Notes: generated by a model from the letters alone, not told the origin. DNA of 64,000 nt from Desulfomonilia bacterium (GCA_963664325.2 CAXXDQ010000009.1:1-64000); one strand, 5' to 3'. Counted from the first letter of the stretch, positions 38,900 to 49,716 are shown. Translations and numbers: made by a program.

Positions 38900-40267
38900 T
38901 TACTGGGCGCCGCGCGCTTTCAGTGCAACCTTTATGGTCTGGAACAATATTGCAATGTCCAGCCAAAGCGAGCGGTATTTCAGGTAATAAAGGTCGTATT
39001 TCATCTTTTCCTTGGCATCTTCAACGGAATCGCCGTAGGGGTAATTGATTTGCGCCCAGCCGGTTATACCCGGCTTTGCATAAAGCCTCATCTCATAAAA
39101 AGGTATGACCTGCTGGAGCTGATCAATAAAATAGCGCCTTTCCGGCCTGGGACCTACAAAACTCATATCCCCTGCCAGGACATTGAAAAACTGGGGCAGT
39201 TCGTCGAATCTCGTCTTTCTTATGATCCTGCCTACCTTTGTTACCCTGGGGTCCTTTTCCTGAGCCCATTGGGGACCTTCAGGCTCAGCGTCGATGCACA
39301 TGGAACGGAATTTTAACACATTGAATTCCCTGCCGTTTAGCCCTGTCCTCTCCTGCCTGTAAAAAACGGGCCCCGGAGAATCAAGTTTTACAGCAATAGC
39401 GGTTATTATCATTATCGGTGAAGCAATTACGGAACCTATCAGGGCAAAGGAAAAGTCGAACAGTCTTTTGAATATATCCTCGGATTTCATGCTTACAAAA
39501 CCCTTCGCAAATATCAGGGAAGCGGGTCTGATGTCCTCGATCATCAGCTTTCCCAGCAGTTCTTCGTAGAATTTGGGGGCATCCTCTATCTCACATGATG
39601 TCAGCTTTATTCTTAACAGGTCATGCAGCGGCAGGTCAGCGCCTCTGTCATCAAAGGCAACAACCAGTTTGTCGGGATCGGTTCCCCTTATGATATTCCA
39701 TAGCTCATCGACTTCACCCAGCCAGGGTATGTCTATATTTATGTTTTCCTTGCCTATATACCCTTCAAACCTGATCGCCCTTCCCGCCGATCTTATCTCA
39801 TCGACCAGGAACTTCGCATTCCGGCCGTCGCCAAGAAGGACAATCCTGGTATCTGTTATTCTGGAAGACCTGATCGCCAGGAAAACAACCCTGACTATTA
39901 AGCTGAAACCCATGGACAGGAACAGGGACATCAAGAATATGGAACGGCCAAGACCGATCTGGGGGATTATGTAATATACAAGAGACAATATTATAAGGGA
40001 CATTCCGCCGCCGATTAATACCGTTGAAACCAGTTCGGAGTGTCTTTTCCACCATTTCCAGTCATAAAAATCCTGGAAATAGTAACAAAAAACCGTAATC
40101 ACCATGAAAGTGACGGCCTTTAAAGTAATCAAGGGGTCAGGAAGATAAAAGAAAGGAAGTTTTATCTCAATCCACTTGGAAAAAAAGACCGATCCGAAGG
40201 CAACCGCCATATCCAGCAACAACAATATATATGTATAGATTGCCCTTTTTTTCATTTGCGGCACCAT
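38900..40267 (-). CDS. Polyprenyl-phosphate glycosyl-1-phosphate transferase (priming sugar transferase, resembles the PEP-CTERM/exosortase-associated type)
   Basis: 4 N-terminal TM segments, KRLFD, KFRSM, DELPQF.NVL.GDMSFVGPRPER and KPGITGWAQINYPYG. Confidence 0.9.
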   Translation of the reverse strand: MVPQMKKRAIYTYILLLLDMAVAFGSVFFSKWIEIKLPFFYLPDPLITLKAVTFMVITVFCYYFQDFYDWKWWKRHSELVSTVLIGGGMSLIILSLVYYIIPQIGLGRSIFLMSLFLSMGFSLIVRVVFLAIRSSRITDTRIVLLGDGRNAKFLVDEIRSAGRAIRFEGYIGKENINIDIPWLGEVDELWNIIRGTDPDKLVVAFDDRGADLPLHDLLRIKLTSCEIEDAPKFYEELLGKLMIEDIRPASLIFAKGFVSMKSEDIFKRLFDFSFALIGSVIASPIMIITAIAVKLDSPGPVFYRQERTGLNGREFNVLKFRSMCIDAEPEGPQWAQEKDPRVTKVGRIIRKTRFDELPQFFNVLAGDMSFVGPRPERRYFIDQLQQVIPFYEMRLYAKPGITGWAQINYPYGDSVEDAKEKMKYDLYYLKYRSLWLDIAILFQTIKVALKARGAQ

Positions 40268-40632
40268 TTATTCATTTTTCTTTCCACTCCTGAACCTCAC
40301 GAAACGCCTGGCTATTACATCAGGCCATGACTTTTCATATATATAATCGGAATCAGATTAAAATATCATAAGAAAAAATATGATAAATCCATGTCTAATT
40401 CATTGCGAACAGCTACTAAAAGGCATCAGGGTGAAGCAGTCATAAGTGTAAAAGGCTTATAAATGCAAACACCCGGGGTGAAGCGAAAGAACGCTATTCC
40501 CTTCTTTTAACAGTATTTCTCCGGTTCATTTCCAGATTTTTTTATCCGGGGTTTCCGCGTTCTTCAGTCTGGTCTTTTCACTTCCGGGCGCTTTATTCAG
40601 CTTGCCCCCGGGTTGCGACGGACAGCCGCTTA

Positions 40633-41325
40633 TCATTCATCATTTCCGCCTATCAATCCGGCACGGATCAGAAAGTACAGAAGCTGAAGTACCGCCGTAA
40701 CGGCTGCCGCAACATATGTCATCGCCGCTGCATTAAGCACCTTCCTTGCCCCGGACACTTCCTGTTCGGCCAGTATGCCTGCCTCCGGCAGCGCCTGAAG
40801 CGCCCTTGATGATGCATTGAATTCAACAGGCAGAGTTACGACCTGGAAGAGTACAACTGCCGTAAAAAATACTATACCCAGCATCAGCAGCCCTTTTGCA
40901 TGGAAGATAAACCCGATCATGAGCAGGAACCATGATAGATTTGAACCTATACTCGCCATCGGCACAATGGCGCTCCTCAGCTTCATCGGGGCATATCCCT
41001 GGGCATGCTGTATGGCATGGCCCGCCTCATGAGCCGCCACCCCCACGCTGGCAAGCGAATCACCGCTGTAGACGTTTTCCGACAGCCTTAAGACCTTTTT
41101 GGTCGGGTCATAGTGATCACTCAAAAAACCCCTTGTAAGCTCAATGGCCACATCATAAATCCCTGCAGCCCTCAGGATTTTCTGAGCGGCCTGAGCCCCT
41201 GTAACACCGCTGGCTGTAGAAATCTTTGAATATTTTGCATATGTCGCTTTGACGTTGAAAGCGGCATAAAGGCTTAGCAGGAAAGCCGGCATTACCATTA
41301 TAAGATATAGCGGATCAAAAAACAT
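40633..41325 (-). CDS. Membrane zinc metallopeptidase (YugP-like)
   Basis: LSDHYDP, VAAHEAGHAIQH, TLPVEFNASSRA and AAAMTYVAA. Confidence 0.9.
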   Translation of the reverse strand: MFFDPLYLIMVMPAFLLSLYAAFNVKATYAKYSKISTASGVTGAQAAQKILRAAGIYDVAIELTRGFLSDHYDPTKKVLRLSENVYSGDSLASVGVAAHEAGHAIQHAQGYAPMKLRSAIVPMASIGSNLSWFLLMIGFIFHAKGLLMLGIVFFTAVVLFQVVTLPVEFNASSRALQALPEAGILAEQEVSGARKVLNAAAMTYVAAAVTAVLQLLYFLIRAGLIGGNDE

Positions 41326-41466
41326 CTTGACCTCCTGATTATTGTCACATTTCAAATAGTATCTGTGAGTCTTGAAATCAAGTGTCCATTTCTTTACTAT
41401 TGCCAGCGCGTCTTTATGCCGATATTTCCTATCATACTTGCTTCAATAATTTTCTCAGGAGGGTTT

Positions 41467-43737
41467 ATGAGAAAACTGGTGGTTTCCGGTTCACTTATTA
41501 TTATCCTTTTGTCCCAGTTCGCCTGCGGCAAAAGCCCTGAAGAAAGAAGGGCCGATTACCTTGTGAGTGCGGATAAATATGCAGCGCAAAACAAATACGC
41601 CGAGGCCGCCATTCAGTATCAGAATGCGTTAAAGATAGCGCCGGACGACGCCACAACACTCATAAAACTCGGTGAACTCCAGCTTATCCAGCAGAAGCCG
41701 GGAGAGGCCTTTGGTTCGTTCAGCAATGCATCGAAGATCGACCCCAAAAACACTAAGGCGCATTCAAATCTCGCGACTATTTATCTGCTGGCCAAGAAAT
41801 ACGATGACGCATCCAGGGAAGCAAATATTATACTCGGCATAGACCCGGCAAACACGCGCGCAAAAGAAATCCTCGCGCAGTGCCTTTTTCTCTCAGGGAA
41901 GAAGGACGAGGCCCTTAATATGCTTCAGGATATGATTGCAAAGGAACAGGCGGGCGAAGGCATGTTTATTGATGCCATTCAGATTCTCTATGACACGGGC
42001 AACCTGGATGAGGCGCTGAAACTTGTCGATTCGGGATTCAGGAAATTCCCTTCTTCAATAGGAATAAGGATGGTTTCAAGCCAGATATACCTGGCAAAAA
42101 ACCAGCCCGATATGGCAAAAAAAATGGCTGAGGATGCTTACAGCCTGTCGAATGGCGATATCAATTCCGGACTTTTCCTTGCCGGTTTTGCTGCTAAAAA
42201 CAACTTGCCTGACAGATTCGCCGGTGTGATAGCCGAGATGAAATTGAAATATCCGAATGACTACAGGATTTACCTCCTAGAAGCGGAGGAAGCCAGGAAA
42301 AAGAAAGATACCGATAAGGCGATCATATCTGCAAAAAAAGCACTCGAGCTGAATTACTCGGAACAGACTGTCGCACTCCTGACTGAACTTTATTCGCTGA
42401 AAGGTGACAATGATCTGGCAATCGACACGGTCAGCAAAGCCGTCACAATGTTCCCCTCATCCGTCTCCCTGAAAATCATTCTTACACGGCAGCTTTTAAT
42501 CAAGGGAGATGTCGACAAAGCTCTTCAGACCCTTGACCCATTGATGAAGTCCATGCCGGAAAACCCTGATATTGCAATGCTTGCGGCAAGGATCTACATG
42601 CAGAAAGGGGAGAGGGAAAAGGCGCGTTCGTTTATAGAGAATGCCCTGAACAACAAGAAGGATGACCCGAGACTGCATGCGATGCTTGCGTCCATATATT
42701 TTAAAAGCGCGGAATACAGGAGCGCACTTGCAGAGGTCGAGATAACTCATAAAACTGGCTCTTCCTCGGTGGAGCTGCTGAATATAGGCGTTATATCGGC
42801 ATTGAACCTGGGACAGACCGATAAGGCGCTCATGTATATTCAATTGTTAAAAAAGGCCGCACCTCAGGAATGGGCTACCGCATATTCAGAAATAACATAT
42901 TTTCTCTATATGAAAGACAGCAGATCAGCTTTCAAATTAGCGGAAAGAGCGGTCAGGACATGGCCCGACAAAATGGAAGCGCTGACAGTATATGCACAGA
43001 CCGGCTCTGATACAATAGGACCGGCCGCCACCATCCAGAGAATCAGTTCCATATGCGCTAAAACCAGATCTGCGAACTGCATGCTTGTTCTCTCTGCGCT
43101 TTTTGAAAAAGCCGGAATGAAAAACGATGCGCTGGCAAAAATCAAGGGGGCCATCGAGCAATATCCCGACAGGCAGGATCTCTACTACGCCCTTGCAGAC
43201 TTCTATGCCCGGAACGGCATGATCGACCTTGCAATTGCGGAATTCAAGAATTTGCTCAACAAGAAACCGGATGACCTCAAGTCGGCCATCATGCTTGCCC
43301 TGCTCCTTAATGACAAAGGGGATATTGAGAACGCCGAAAAAACCTATTCGTACATCCTGGAAAGAGACCCTTCAAACAGGATCGCAGCCAACAATCTGGC
43401 CTGGATACTTGCCGGACGCGGAAAGAAAGCCGACCTCGACAAGGCCATGGACCTTGCCACAAAAGCAAGGAGGTCGGACCCGGAAAATCCTTCAATTGCC
43501 GACACCCTTGGTTACATTTACCTTCAGAAAGGCATGACAACCAATGCAAAAAACCAGTTCCTCATGGCACTGGACAAGAATCCCGATGAACCTTCTTTCA
43601 ACTATCACATGGCGCAGGCCCTTGTTAAAGAAGGCAAGAAAAAGGAAGCGGCGGTATATCTCAGAACAGCCTTGAAAACTCCGTCATTCAGTGAAAAGCC
43701 AGATGCGCAGAAACTGCTGAAAAATATTGGCGGTTAA
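41467..43737 (+). CDS. TPR-repeat lipoprotein (PrsT-like)
   Basis: Lipobox QFAC, AAIQYQNAL, many TPRs, AANNLAW and ADTLGYIY. Confidence 0.8.
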   Translation: MRKLVVSGSLIIILLSQFACGKSPEERRADYLVSADKYAAQNKYAEAAIQYQNALKIAPDDATTLIKLGELQLIQQKPGEAFGSFSNASKIDPKNTKAHSNLATIYLLAKKYDDASREANIILGIDPANTRAKEILAQCLFLSGKKDEALNMLQDMIAKEQAGEGMFIDAIQILYDTGNLDEALKLVDSGFRKFPSSIGIRMVSSQIYLAKNQPDMAKKMAEDAYSLSNGDINSGLFLAGFAAKNNLPDRFAGVIAEMKLKYPNDYRIYLLEAEEARKKKDTDKAIISAKKALELNYSEQTVALLTELYSLKGDNDLAIDTVSKAVTMFPSSVSLKIILTRQLLIKGDVDKALQTLDPLMKSMPENPDIAMLAARIYMQKGEREKARSFIENALNNKKDDPRLHAMLASIYFKSAEYRSALAEVEITHKTGSSSVELLNIGVISALNLGQTDKALMYIQLLKKAAPQEWATAYSEITYFLYMKDSRSAFKLAERAVRTWPDKMEALTVYAQTGSDTIGPAATIQRISSICAKTRSANCMLVLSALFEKAGMKNDALAKIKGAIEQYPDRQDLYYALADFYARNGMIDLAIAEFKNLLNKKPDDLKSAIMLALLLNDKGDIENAEKTYSYILERDPSNRIAANNLAWILAGRGKKADLDKAMDLATKARRSDPENPSIADTLGYIYLQKGMTTNAKNQFLMALDKNPDEPSFNYHMAQALVKEGKKKEAAVYLRTALKTPSFSEKPDAQKLLKNIGG

Positions 43738-43739
43738 GA

Positions 43740-44426
43740 TCAGATACACAGGATCGCGGCGGCGGCAACTGCAGCCGCCAGGGTCCTTAATATTGTTCCT
43801 CCCATGTTTACAGGAGCAAATCCGCATTTACTAAACAGCGCAATTTCCTGTTCAGTAAATCCCCCTTCAGGCCCGATCATAAAACACATCTCTTCCTCCC
43901 TGATGTCCAGTATGCCGGTCTCCCCTTTAATTGACGCAAAATATCTCCTGGTGAACCTTGACTCGGACAATTTAGCAAATTCAGGCAGGGCAGCTATTGG
44001 TTCCAGTCTCGGAAAAGTCCTTCTCTGAGACTGCTTCATGGATTCCATGATAATGTCTTCCCACCTTTTCATTCTTGCCAGGCTGACGGCCCTTATATTC
44101 GACCTTTCGGCAATAACCGGACTGATGCTTTCCACACCCAGTTCCGAAGCAAACCTGATCGCGTCGTCCATTTCCCTTAAGTCAATAAGCGATATTCCGA
44201 TGTGCACCCTGGCTTTTCCCCTGTTGCAGAGCGTCTGCCTTTCTATTATCTCAAGGCTGATTTCATTTCTAGTAATGGCGGTAATTTTCGCCTTAAATCC
44301 TTCCGTCCCTTCACGTATAAGAATTTCATCTCCCGAACGCTTTCTCAAAGGGCCGGTAATATGCTTTACATCCCGGCCTGAAATCAGTGCTGTCCCACCT
44401 GTCACGTCCGCAAAGAACCGGGGCAT
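43740..44426 (-). CDS. rsmE: 16S rRNA m3U1498 methyltransferase
   Basis: ELGV, ERS, Q(S)QR, IGPEGGF and ILRT. Confidence 0.9.
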   Translation of the reverse strand: MPRFFADVTGGTALISGRDVKHITGPLRKRSGDEILIREGTEGFKAKITAITRNEISLEIIERQTLCNRGKARVHIGISLIDLREMDDAIRFASELGVESISPVIAERSNIRAVSLARMKRWEDIIMESMKQSQRRTFPRLEPIAALPEFAKLSESRFTRRYFASIKGETGILDIREEEMCFMIGPEGGFTEQEIALFSKCGFAPVNMGGTILRTLAAAVAAAAILCI

Positions 44427-44438
44427 TTCAGGAAAACC

Positions 44439-45434
44439 TCATATGGACATTTCCTTCAGATAGGCAGCCGCCTTTTCCGGCGGAGTAGAATTTATATACA
44501 GGTCCGAACCCCATTCGAACCCGGTCAGAGGCACCAGCCTGGGCAGGATTTCAATGTGCCAGTGGTAATAGGAAGCGCAGTCCATCGAAAACGGGGACGT
44601 ATGAATCCCGTAGTTGTAGGGCGGCATCCCGAGCGCGCTGTCAATCCTCTTCATGACATCGGTGAATATCATGGCCATTTCCTTTATCTCCCCCGGCTCC
44701 ACGTCCTCGAATCTGGATACGTGCCTTTTCGGCAGTATCCAGGTCTCAAACGGGACCCTGGGAGCAAAAGGTTCAAAGGCGACAAAATCCCTGGTCTCCG
44801 AAACAAGCCTTATCCCCTGTTGAAGCTCCTGCCTTAAAATATCGCAGAAAATGCAGCGCTCCTTGTATTCGTAATGCTTTTCCGCTCCCTCTATCTCTTC
44901 AAGAACTCCCCTGGGAATAATTGGGAGGCCCATAAGCAGGGAATACTGGTGCTCAAGAGTCGCCCCTGCATTCGATCCTGAATTTTTATAAATGAGCGCA
45001 TATCTCAGGCGGCTGTCGCGCTTCAGATCGACAAGCCTGTCGCGATATGCCCAGAAGAGATTCTCCATCTCCGCCAGGCCCATGCCCGACTGCCTTATAC
45101 CGTGCCTTGGCGTTTCTATTATGACTTCATTTGCCCCGATCCCTGATATCTTGTCATAAAGGCCCTCTCCCATGCGTTTAAGGTCTTCTTCCACGACAAG
45201 CACCGGGCTTCTGTTCGGGACCACCCTTAGATTCCAGCCGGGGCTGTTCGGAAGCGATCCGCCGGGCCTGTTGGCAAGAATCTCGGGCGGACACATATGT
45301 TCATTTCCCGGGCAGAACGGACATGTAAGGTCGTCTTTTACCGCCTGATCCGCGACGATATTCGGGGTTCTCGTAGCGGAATCGGTTATGATCACCCATC
45401 TGTCTATTACCGGGTCTTTTCTCAGTTCCGACAT
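44439..45434 (-). CDS. GalT-like nucleotidyltransferase (HIT/GalT family) with a variant active site
   Basis: MSELRKDP..RWVII, CPFCPGNE, VVPN, CIFCD and YHWHIEILPRL...GFEWG. The canonical HxHxQ reads HQYSL. Confidence 0.85.
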   Translation of the reverse strand: MSELRKDPVIDRWVIITDSATRTPNIVADQAVKDDLTCPFCPGNEHMCPPEILANRPGGSLPNSPGWNLRVVPNRSPVLVVEEDLKRMGEGLYDKISGIGANEVIIETPRHGIRQSGMGLAEMENLFWAYRDRLVDLKRDSRLRYALIYKNSGSNAGATLEHQYSLLMGLPIIPRGVLEEIEGAEKHYEYKERCIFCDILRQELQQGIRLVSETRDFVAFEPFAPRVPFETWILPKRHVSRFEDVEPGEIKEMAMIFTDVMKRIDSALGMPPYNYGIHTSPFSMDCASYYHWHIEILPRLVPLTGFEWGSDLYINSTPPEKAAAYLKEMSI

Positions 45435-47479
45435 ATCTCACCCGCGTGAAGCACAAGCTCAGGCATACCGGCGCTTATGCGTCTGATGAAATACATGCAC
45501 CAGCCCTGAAAAGTCTTTTCAAAACCGGACTCGCTCTGGGAAGCGCATTCAATCGGCAGCAGCACGATTTCCCAGACGGAATCCGATTCAATACACACCG
45601 ACAGATTATTTTCCGGGTCATTAAACACAATGCTTCTCCCGGTAAAAATCCCCCTGTCGCTTATTTCTCCGGCATCCTTTATTAAAGGCTTTTCAGGCAT
45701 CATGATGTTCATTTCAACGGCTATGAACATATCACCGGCCGCTTCCCCGGCGAAGTCCTGCTTAAGCCTTATTGAGCCGTTCGGATCAAAGACGAGCGTC
45801 TTTGATATATTTAACCCTTCCTCGATCGCCGAGAATTTAACCTTTAGAGCCTCATTTTCTTCTGACATGCGCTCAAGCCTGTAGGCCTTCAAAGCAGCCA
45901 TCGGAGCGTTAGGCTTCATGCCCTTTAAAAGGCTTCCCGCATCAGGCCTGCCATTTATAATATGCGTAATGAAGCAGTTCCTTGAATAGGTGTCATACAC
46001 AAGGAGGCTCTTGAGCTCATCCGATGTGACAAATGCGATGTCATGTATTGAAAGCGGTTTTTCACCGCCGCCGTGATGATCATGCGATTCCGATGAACCC
46101 AGTATCTTGTCGTGGTAGATTTCGTTGTGCCTCATCATTACATTCGTAATGCAGCGCTCTGTTGGCTTGTGCTCTATTCCGAAGACAGAAGCGCTTTCAT
46201 CGGGTGATATGATGCAGTTGATAACCCTGCCTGAAACGAGAATCTCATCATTGCCGTCAAGGTCATAGTCACAGCACTCGACTATATAGGGCCTGTCTTT
46301 AAGCCTTATCCTGTCAACAATTTTCTCCGCCCTGAGGAGGTTTTCATAAATGGCATTTCTCAGTATATCAAGATATACGCCGCCGAACAGGCCATGCCAG
46401 TAGCCGCAGTTGCACTGTGCCATAAAAAGATGCCTTAATGCCGTTTCATCAGCGCCATATTCTCTGACAAGCCGGCTGATCCTGAGCATCTTTTTGTGCA
46501 TCCTGTTGCTCTCGGGATATTTGGCAAAAAAATTGTCCCACATGCCGCCCCTTAAAAAACCCCTTTTCGAATTCCAGTTCCACGAATTTTTTTCTTCTTT
46601 AACAATCCTGCCGTAAAGCCTGCCCTGTTCCGGGAACAGGCTCCATTCCATCATTTCCTGGTAAGATGCAGAGGGAAGGTAAATAAGTCCTCTGGGGGAA
46701 TGGCTTTCGAGAACATCGTTTAATGTCACGACCTCAATGTCATTGCTTCTGCTCATCGCCTCCATGAACCTCTCAAGCCACCTGTCCTCATAAACCCACT
46801 TGAGGGTACCGGGCCACATCCCGAATTTCTCCCCGTCATCTCCGTAGGTAACCGCTTCAACCCCTCTGTCCCTGAGGCCCAGCAGATAACCGATTATTTC
46901 ATCGGGTTCCTTGAACGGAATCAGGTATCTCAGACGCATGTCTATCGGAAAAACCTTTAGGCTTGAGCCGTCCCTCTCCGTTATAAAATACCCGTGGACG
47001 TCTTCGGGTTTGAGCCCTGCTGCGAGGAAGTGCGTATCGTCCAGAAGCGTGTATTTTATCCCCGACCCTGATATTTTCTGTGGAAGAGACGGGTCCCATA
47101 CCCTTTCCGTGCACCATATCCCGCCCGGTTTCACGCCGAATTTTTTTTGAAAAAAATCACAGCCCATCCCGATCTGCTTTTTCGCATCGTCCCCGGGAAT
47201 GGCCGAAAGGATGGGTTCGTAGAACCCGCCTCCCATAAGCTCAACCTGCCCTTTTGAAACAAGCCCGCACATCAAATCGTAAAATTCCGGCTTGTTGTTT
47301 TCAAACCATTCGAGGAGCGGTCCCGTGAAATGAAGCGTGGCATGTATGTCCGGATATTCGCTCAGATATTTGAGAAAAGGCAGATAGCAGTCCCTGGCCC
47401 CCTGCTCGAACACCCTGGGATAATTTCCCACCGGCTGGTGGGAATGAATGCAAAAAGCCAGCTTTATCTTATCAGACAT
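45422..47479 (-). CDS. GH57 alpha-amylase / 4-alpha-glucanotransferase
   Basis: HSHQPVGN, GGGFYEPIL, W.TERVW, YGDDGEKFG.WPGT and AQCN..YWHGLFGG.Y. Confidence 0.9.
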   Translation of the reverse strand: MSDKIKLAFCIHSHQPVGNYPRVFEQGARDCYLPFLKYLSEYPDIHATLHFTGPLLEWFENNKPEFYDLMCGLVSKGQVELMGGGFYEPILSAIPGDDAKKQIGMGCDFFQKKFGVKPGGIWCTERVWDPSLPQKISGSGIKYTLLDDTHFLAAGLKPEDVHGYFITERDGSSLKVFPIDMRLRYLIPFKEPDEIIGYLLGLRDRGVEAVTYGDDGEKFGMWPGTLKWVYEDRWLERFMEAMSRSNDIEVVTLNDVLESHSPRGLIYLPSASYQEMMEWSLFPEQGRLYGRIVKEEKNSWNWNSKRGFLRGGMWDNFFAKYPESNRMHKKMLRISRLVREYGADETALRHLFMAQCNCGYWHGLFGGVYLDILRNAIYENLLRAEKIVDRIRLKDRPYIVECCDYDLDGNDEILVSGRVINCIISPDESASVFGIEHKPTERCITNVMMRHNEIYHDKILGSSESHDHHGGGEKPLSIHDIAFVTSDELKSLLVYDTYSRNCFITHIINGRPDAGSLLKGMKPNAPMAALKAYRLERMSEENEALKVKFSAIEEGLNISKTLVFDPNGSIRLKQDFAGEAAGDMFIAVEMNIMMPEKPLIKDAGEISDRGIFTGRSIVFNDPENNLSVCIESDSVWEIVLLPIECASQSESGFEKTFQGWCMYFIRRISAGMPELVLHAGEICRN

Positions 47480-49586
47480 ACCACATCTTCCTTTCAAAAT
47501 CCCGTCCCGGCACTTCCAGTGCAAGCAGGCCCGATGCAGGATGTCTTTCAATCTCCATTCCCGCTTCCTCCATAAGGACGAAATAAAACCTTACTTTCTG
47601 CTGGGGTTTAAGACCGAGCGCGCTGAAGCTTATCCCGAGCTCGATGCTGTCCCCGACCGCCAGTCTGCCGATATCTTCCCGCGCGGTCTGGGGACCCCCC
47701 TCCGCCTGGAGATACATCCTTTTTTCCGCCAGATTCAGTATGACGTTTTTCGCCTTCGGGATCATGAAGCATATCTTTATTACCGGCTTTTCGGGCAACG
47801 ATACGGCCTCCAGCTTGAAATAAAGGTTTTCCTCGTCGAACCCGTAAAGGATCTTTTGTATATATCCTGAATGCCTGTACATGCTTGACGACTCGGGCCT
47901 GGCAAGGTAGACGCCCGCCTTGCGCCATTCATAGAAATGCGTGACGTATCCGTCAATGACCGGCCTGATAAACCCGGAAGGCTCTTTCTGAGGGGCGATG
48001 TCATAAGGCGTGATTATGCTTTTGAAGAGATATTCGGGCGGGACGTCCTTATGCAGCTCATAGCAGTTCCTGAGGTGAAGCCTGAAGAGCCTGTCGAAAT
48101 CACCTTTATTGAGAATGGGAAATTCGTCCCCGAACCACCAGAACCAGTCGCTGCCTTCCGCAATATATATCTCTTCCCAGGAAAGTTCATGGGCGTCCTT
48201 TCCTTTCGTTTCGACATACCTGCGTGTCTTGGCCAGGTATTCCCAGGCCTTGCGGTCTTCATCATGGCCGATCCAGATCGAAAAATTGTGGTTTATCCAC
48301 GATCCGGTAAAGAGGTTCTCCAGTTTCTCTTTCACGGGGTTTTCAGCAAGGTAGGATGAAAACGTATCCGTTCTGATGTTCTGGGATTCGCTCAAGCCCT
48401 GATACAGCTTTCTCAAAAAGCCTTCGCCGCCGTCCGGATAGTATTCCCAAGGGTTTTCACCATCCAGGATGATGGATATGAAAGGGTTGTAGGTATAGGT
48501 CCTGGCGCCTTTTCTTATATCTTCCAGGTGAGAAATAAAGTCGGACGCCGCAGTGTTCGACGGGTTTTTCGAATATACGAAACCTATCATATCCGAAAGC
48601 GCCCTGTCCCTGAAAAACATGCTTATCGGCGATCCGCCGTCAGAGACCCTGTACGGCCTGAACAGCTTCACGCCCGTCCTTGATTCCCTCAGGCTCATGA
48701 AAAGGATATCCTCATCGGTTGCAGCCCATTTTATCCCGTGGCGGGAAAGGACCTCCATCATTTCCGGACAGACAGAGCCTTCGGGGGGCCATAAGCCGGC
48801 AGGGCTGTCGCCGAAGACCGTTTTGTAAAGCGCAATCGATTTCCCCAGCTGCGCTTCAAGGTCTTCGGGATGTGAGAACCCCTCCTCCGGGAGCCTTGTT
48901 TCCATGCACCTGTGCGCATATCCGACATTCATTAGAAGGGGACTTATCGGGTGGTAGAACGGCGACGTCGTTATTTCGATTTGGCCCCTTTCTTTCGCCT
49001 TTTTGTAAAGCGGCATTATCTTCGACAGTATCTTCATGTGGAAATCGAGCACGTATCTCTTGTCATATTCGCCGAACTGCCGGCCCTTCTTGATGAGCTC
49101 GGCAATACCCGGGTCTTTCCTTCCCGTGAACCCGATCCATGTAAGGTTGAAGAGCACCTGCAGGTCCATTATATCCTGGTCGCTGAAATCCCTGGCGAAT
49201 TCATCCGTTTTTTTCCCGGTCTTCTTTTTTAGAAGCTCCTCATACCTTCTGAAAGGGGTAATCATTGTCGCCTGGTTGCATGAGAAGAACCTCTGAAGTA
49301 TCTGCTTTTTCTCGTCAGGGGAAAGCTCGGCAGGCTCTTTTCCCGAAAGCACGAAGTCGATATCGGTCTGGTTGTTCCCGGTATAGTCAAGGAGCTGCGA
49401 GATAAGCGACGGGACCAGGTTGAAGGTGCATTTCACATCGGGGAAATCATCAAGCACGGCTATCATGTCGTAATAGCCCCTGACCGCATGCAGCCTCACC
49501 CAGGGCATGAGGAAAGACCCGGCAAGCGGATCCCTGTAATATGGCTGATGCATATGCCACAGGAATCCGACGGTAATCTCGTTCAT
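47472..49586 (-). CDS. GH57 glycoside hydrolase (amylopullulanase-like)
   Basis: WHMHQPYY, PWVRLHA, WPPEGSV, LDGENPWEYY and AEGSDWFWW. Confidence 0.9.
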   Translation of the reverse strand: MNEITVGFLWHMHQPYYRDPLAGSFLMPWVRLHAVRGYYDMIAVLDDFPDVKCTFNLVPSLISQLLDYTGNNQTDIDFVLSGKEPAELSPDEKKQILQRFFSCNQATMITPFRRYEELLKKKTGKKTDEFARDFSDQDIMDLQVLFNLTWIGFTGRKDPGIAELIKKGRQFGEYDKRYVLDFHMKILSKIMPLYKKAKERGQIEITTSPFYHPISPLLMNVGYAHRCMETRLPEEGFSHPEDLEAQLGKSIALYKTVFGDSPAGLWPPEGSVCPEMMEVLSRHGIKWAATDEDILFMSLRESRTGVKLFRPYRVSDGGSPISMFFRDRALSDMIGFVYSKNPSNTAASDFISHLEDIRKGARTYTYNPFISIILDGENPWEYYPDGGEGFLRKLYQGLSESQNIRTDTFSSYLAENPVKEKLENLFTGSWINHNFSIWIGHDEDRKAWEYLAKTRRYVETKGKDAHELSWEEIYIAEGSDWFWWFGDEFPILNKGDFDRLFRLHLRNCYELHKDVPPEYLFKSIITPYDIAPQKEPSGFIRPVIDGYVTHFYEWRKAGVYLARPESSSMYRHSGYIQKILYGFDEENLYFKLEAVSLPEKPVIKICFMIPKAKNVILNLAEKRMYLQAEGGPQTAREDIGRLAVGDSIELGISFSALGLKPQQKVRFYFVLMEEAGMEIERHPASGLLALEVPGRDFERKMWYV

Positions 49587-49640
49587 TTCTTTCTCCCAGA
49601 CAGCGTTAAGCAATTTTATGATAATCCAAGGTCTTTTGAC

Positions 49641-49716
49641 TGGTAGCGGCGAAGGGATTTGAACCCCTGACCCGGCGCGTATGAGACGCCTGCTCTACCA
49701 ACTGAGCTACGCCGCC
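49641..49716 (-). tRNA. tRNA-Met(CAT), elongator type
   Basis: GGCGGCGTAGCTCAGTTGGTAGAGC...GGCGT-CTCATAC-GCGCC...GGTTCAAATCCC...CGCCGCTACCA. Lacks the initiator GGG/CCC stem and C1 mismatch. Ile2 is not fully excluded. Confidence 0.93.
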
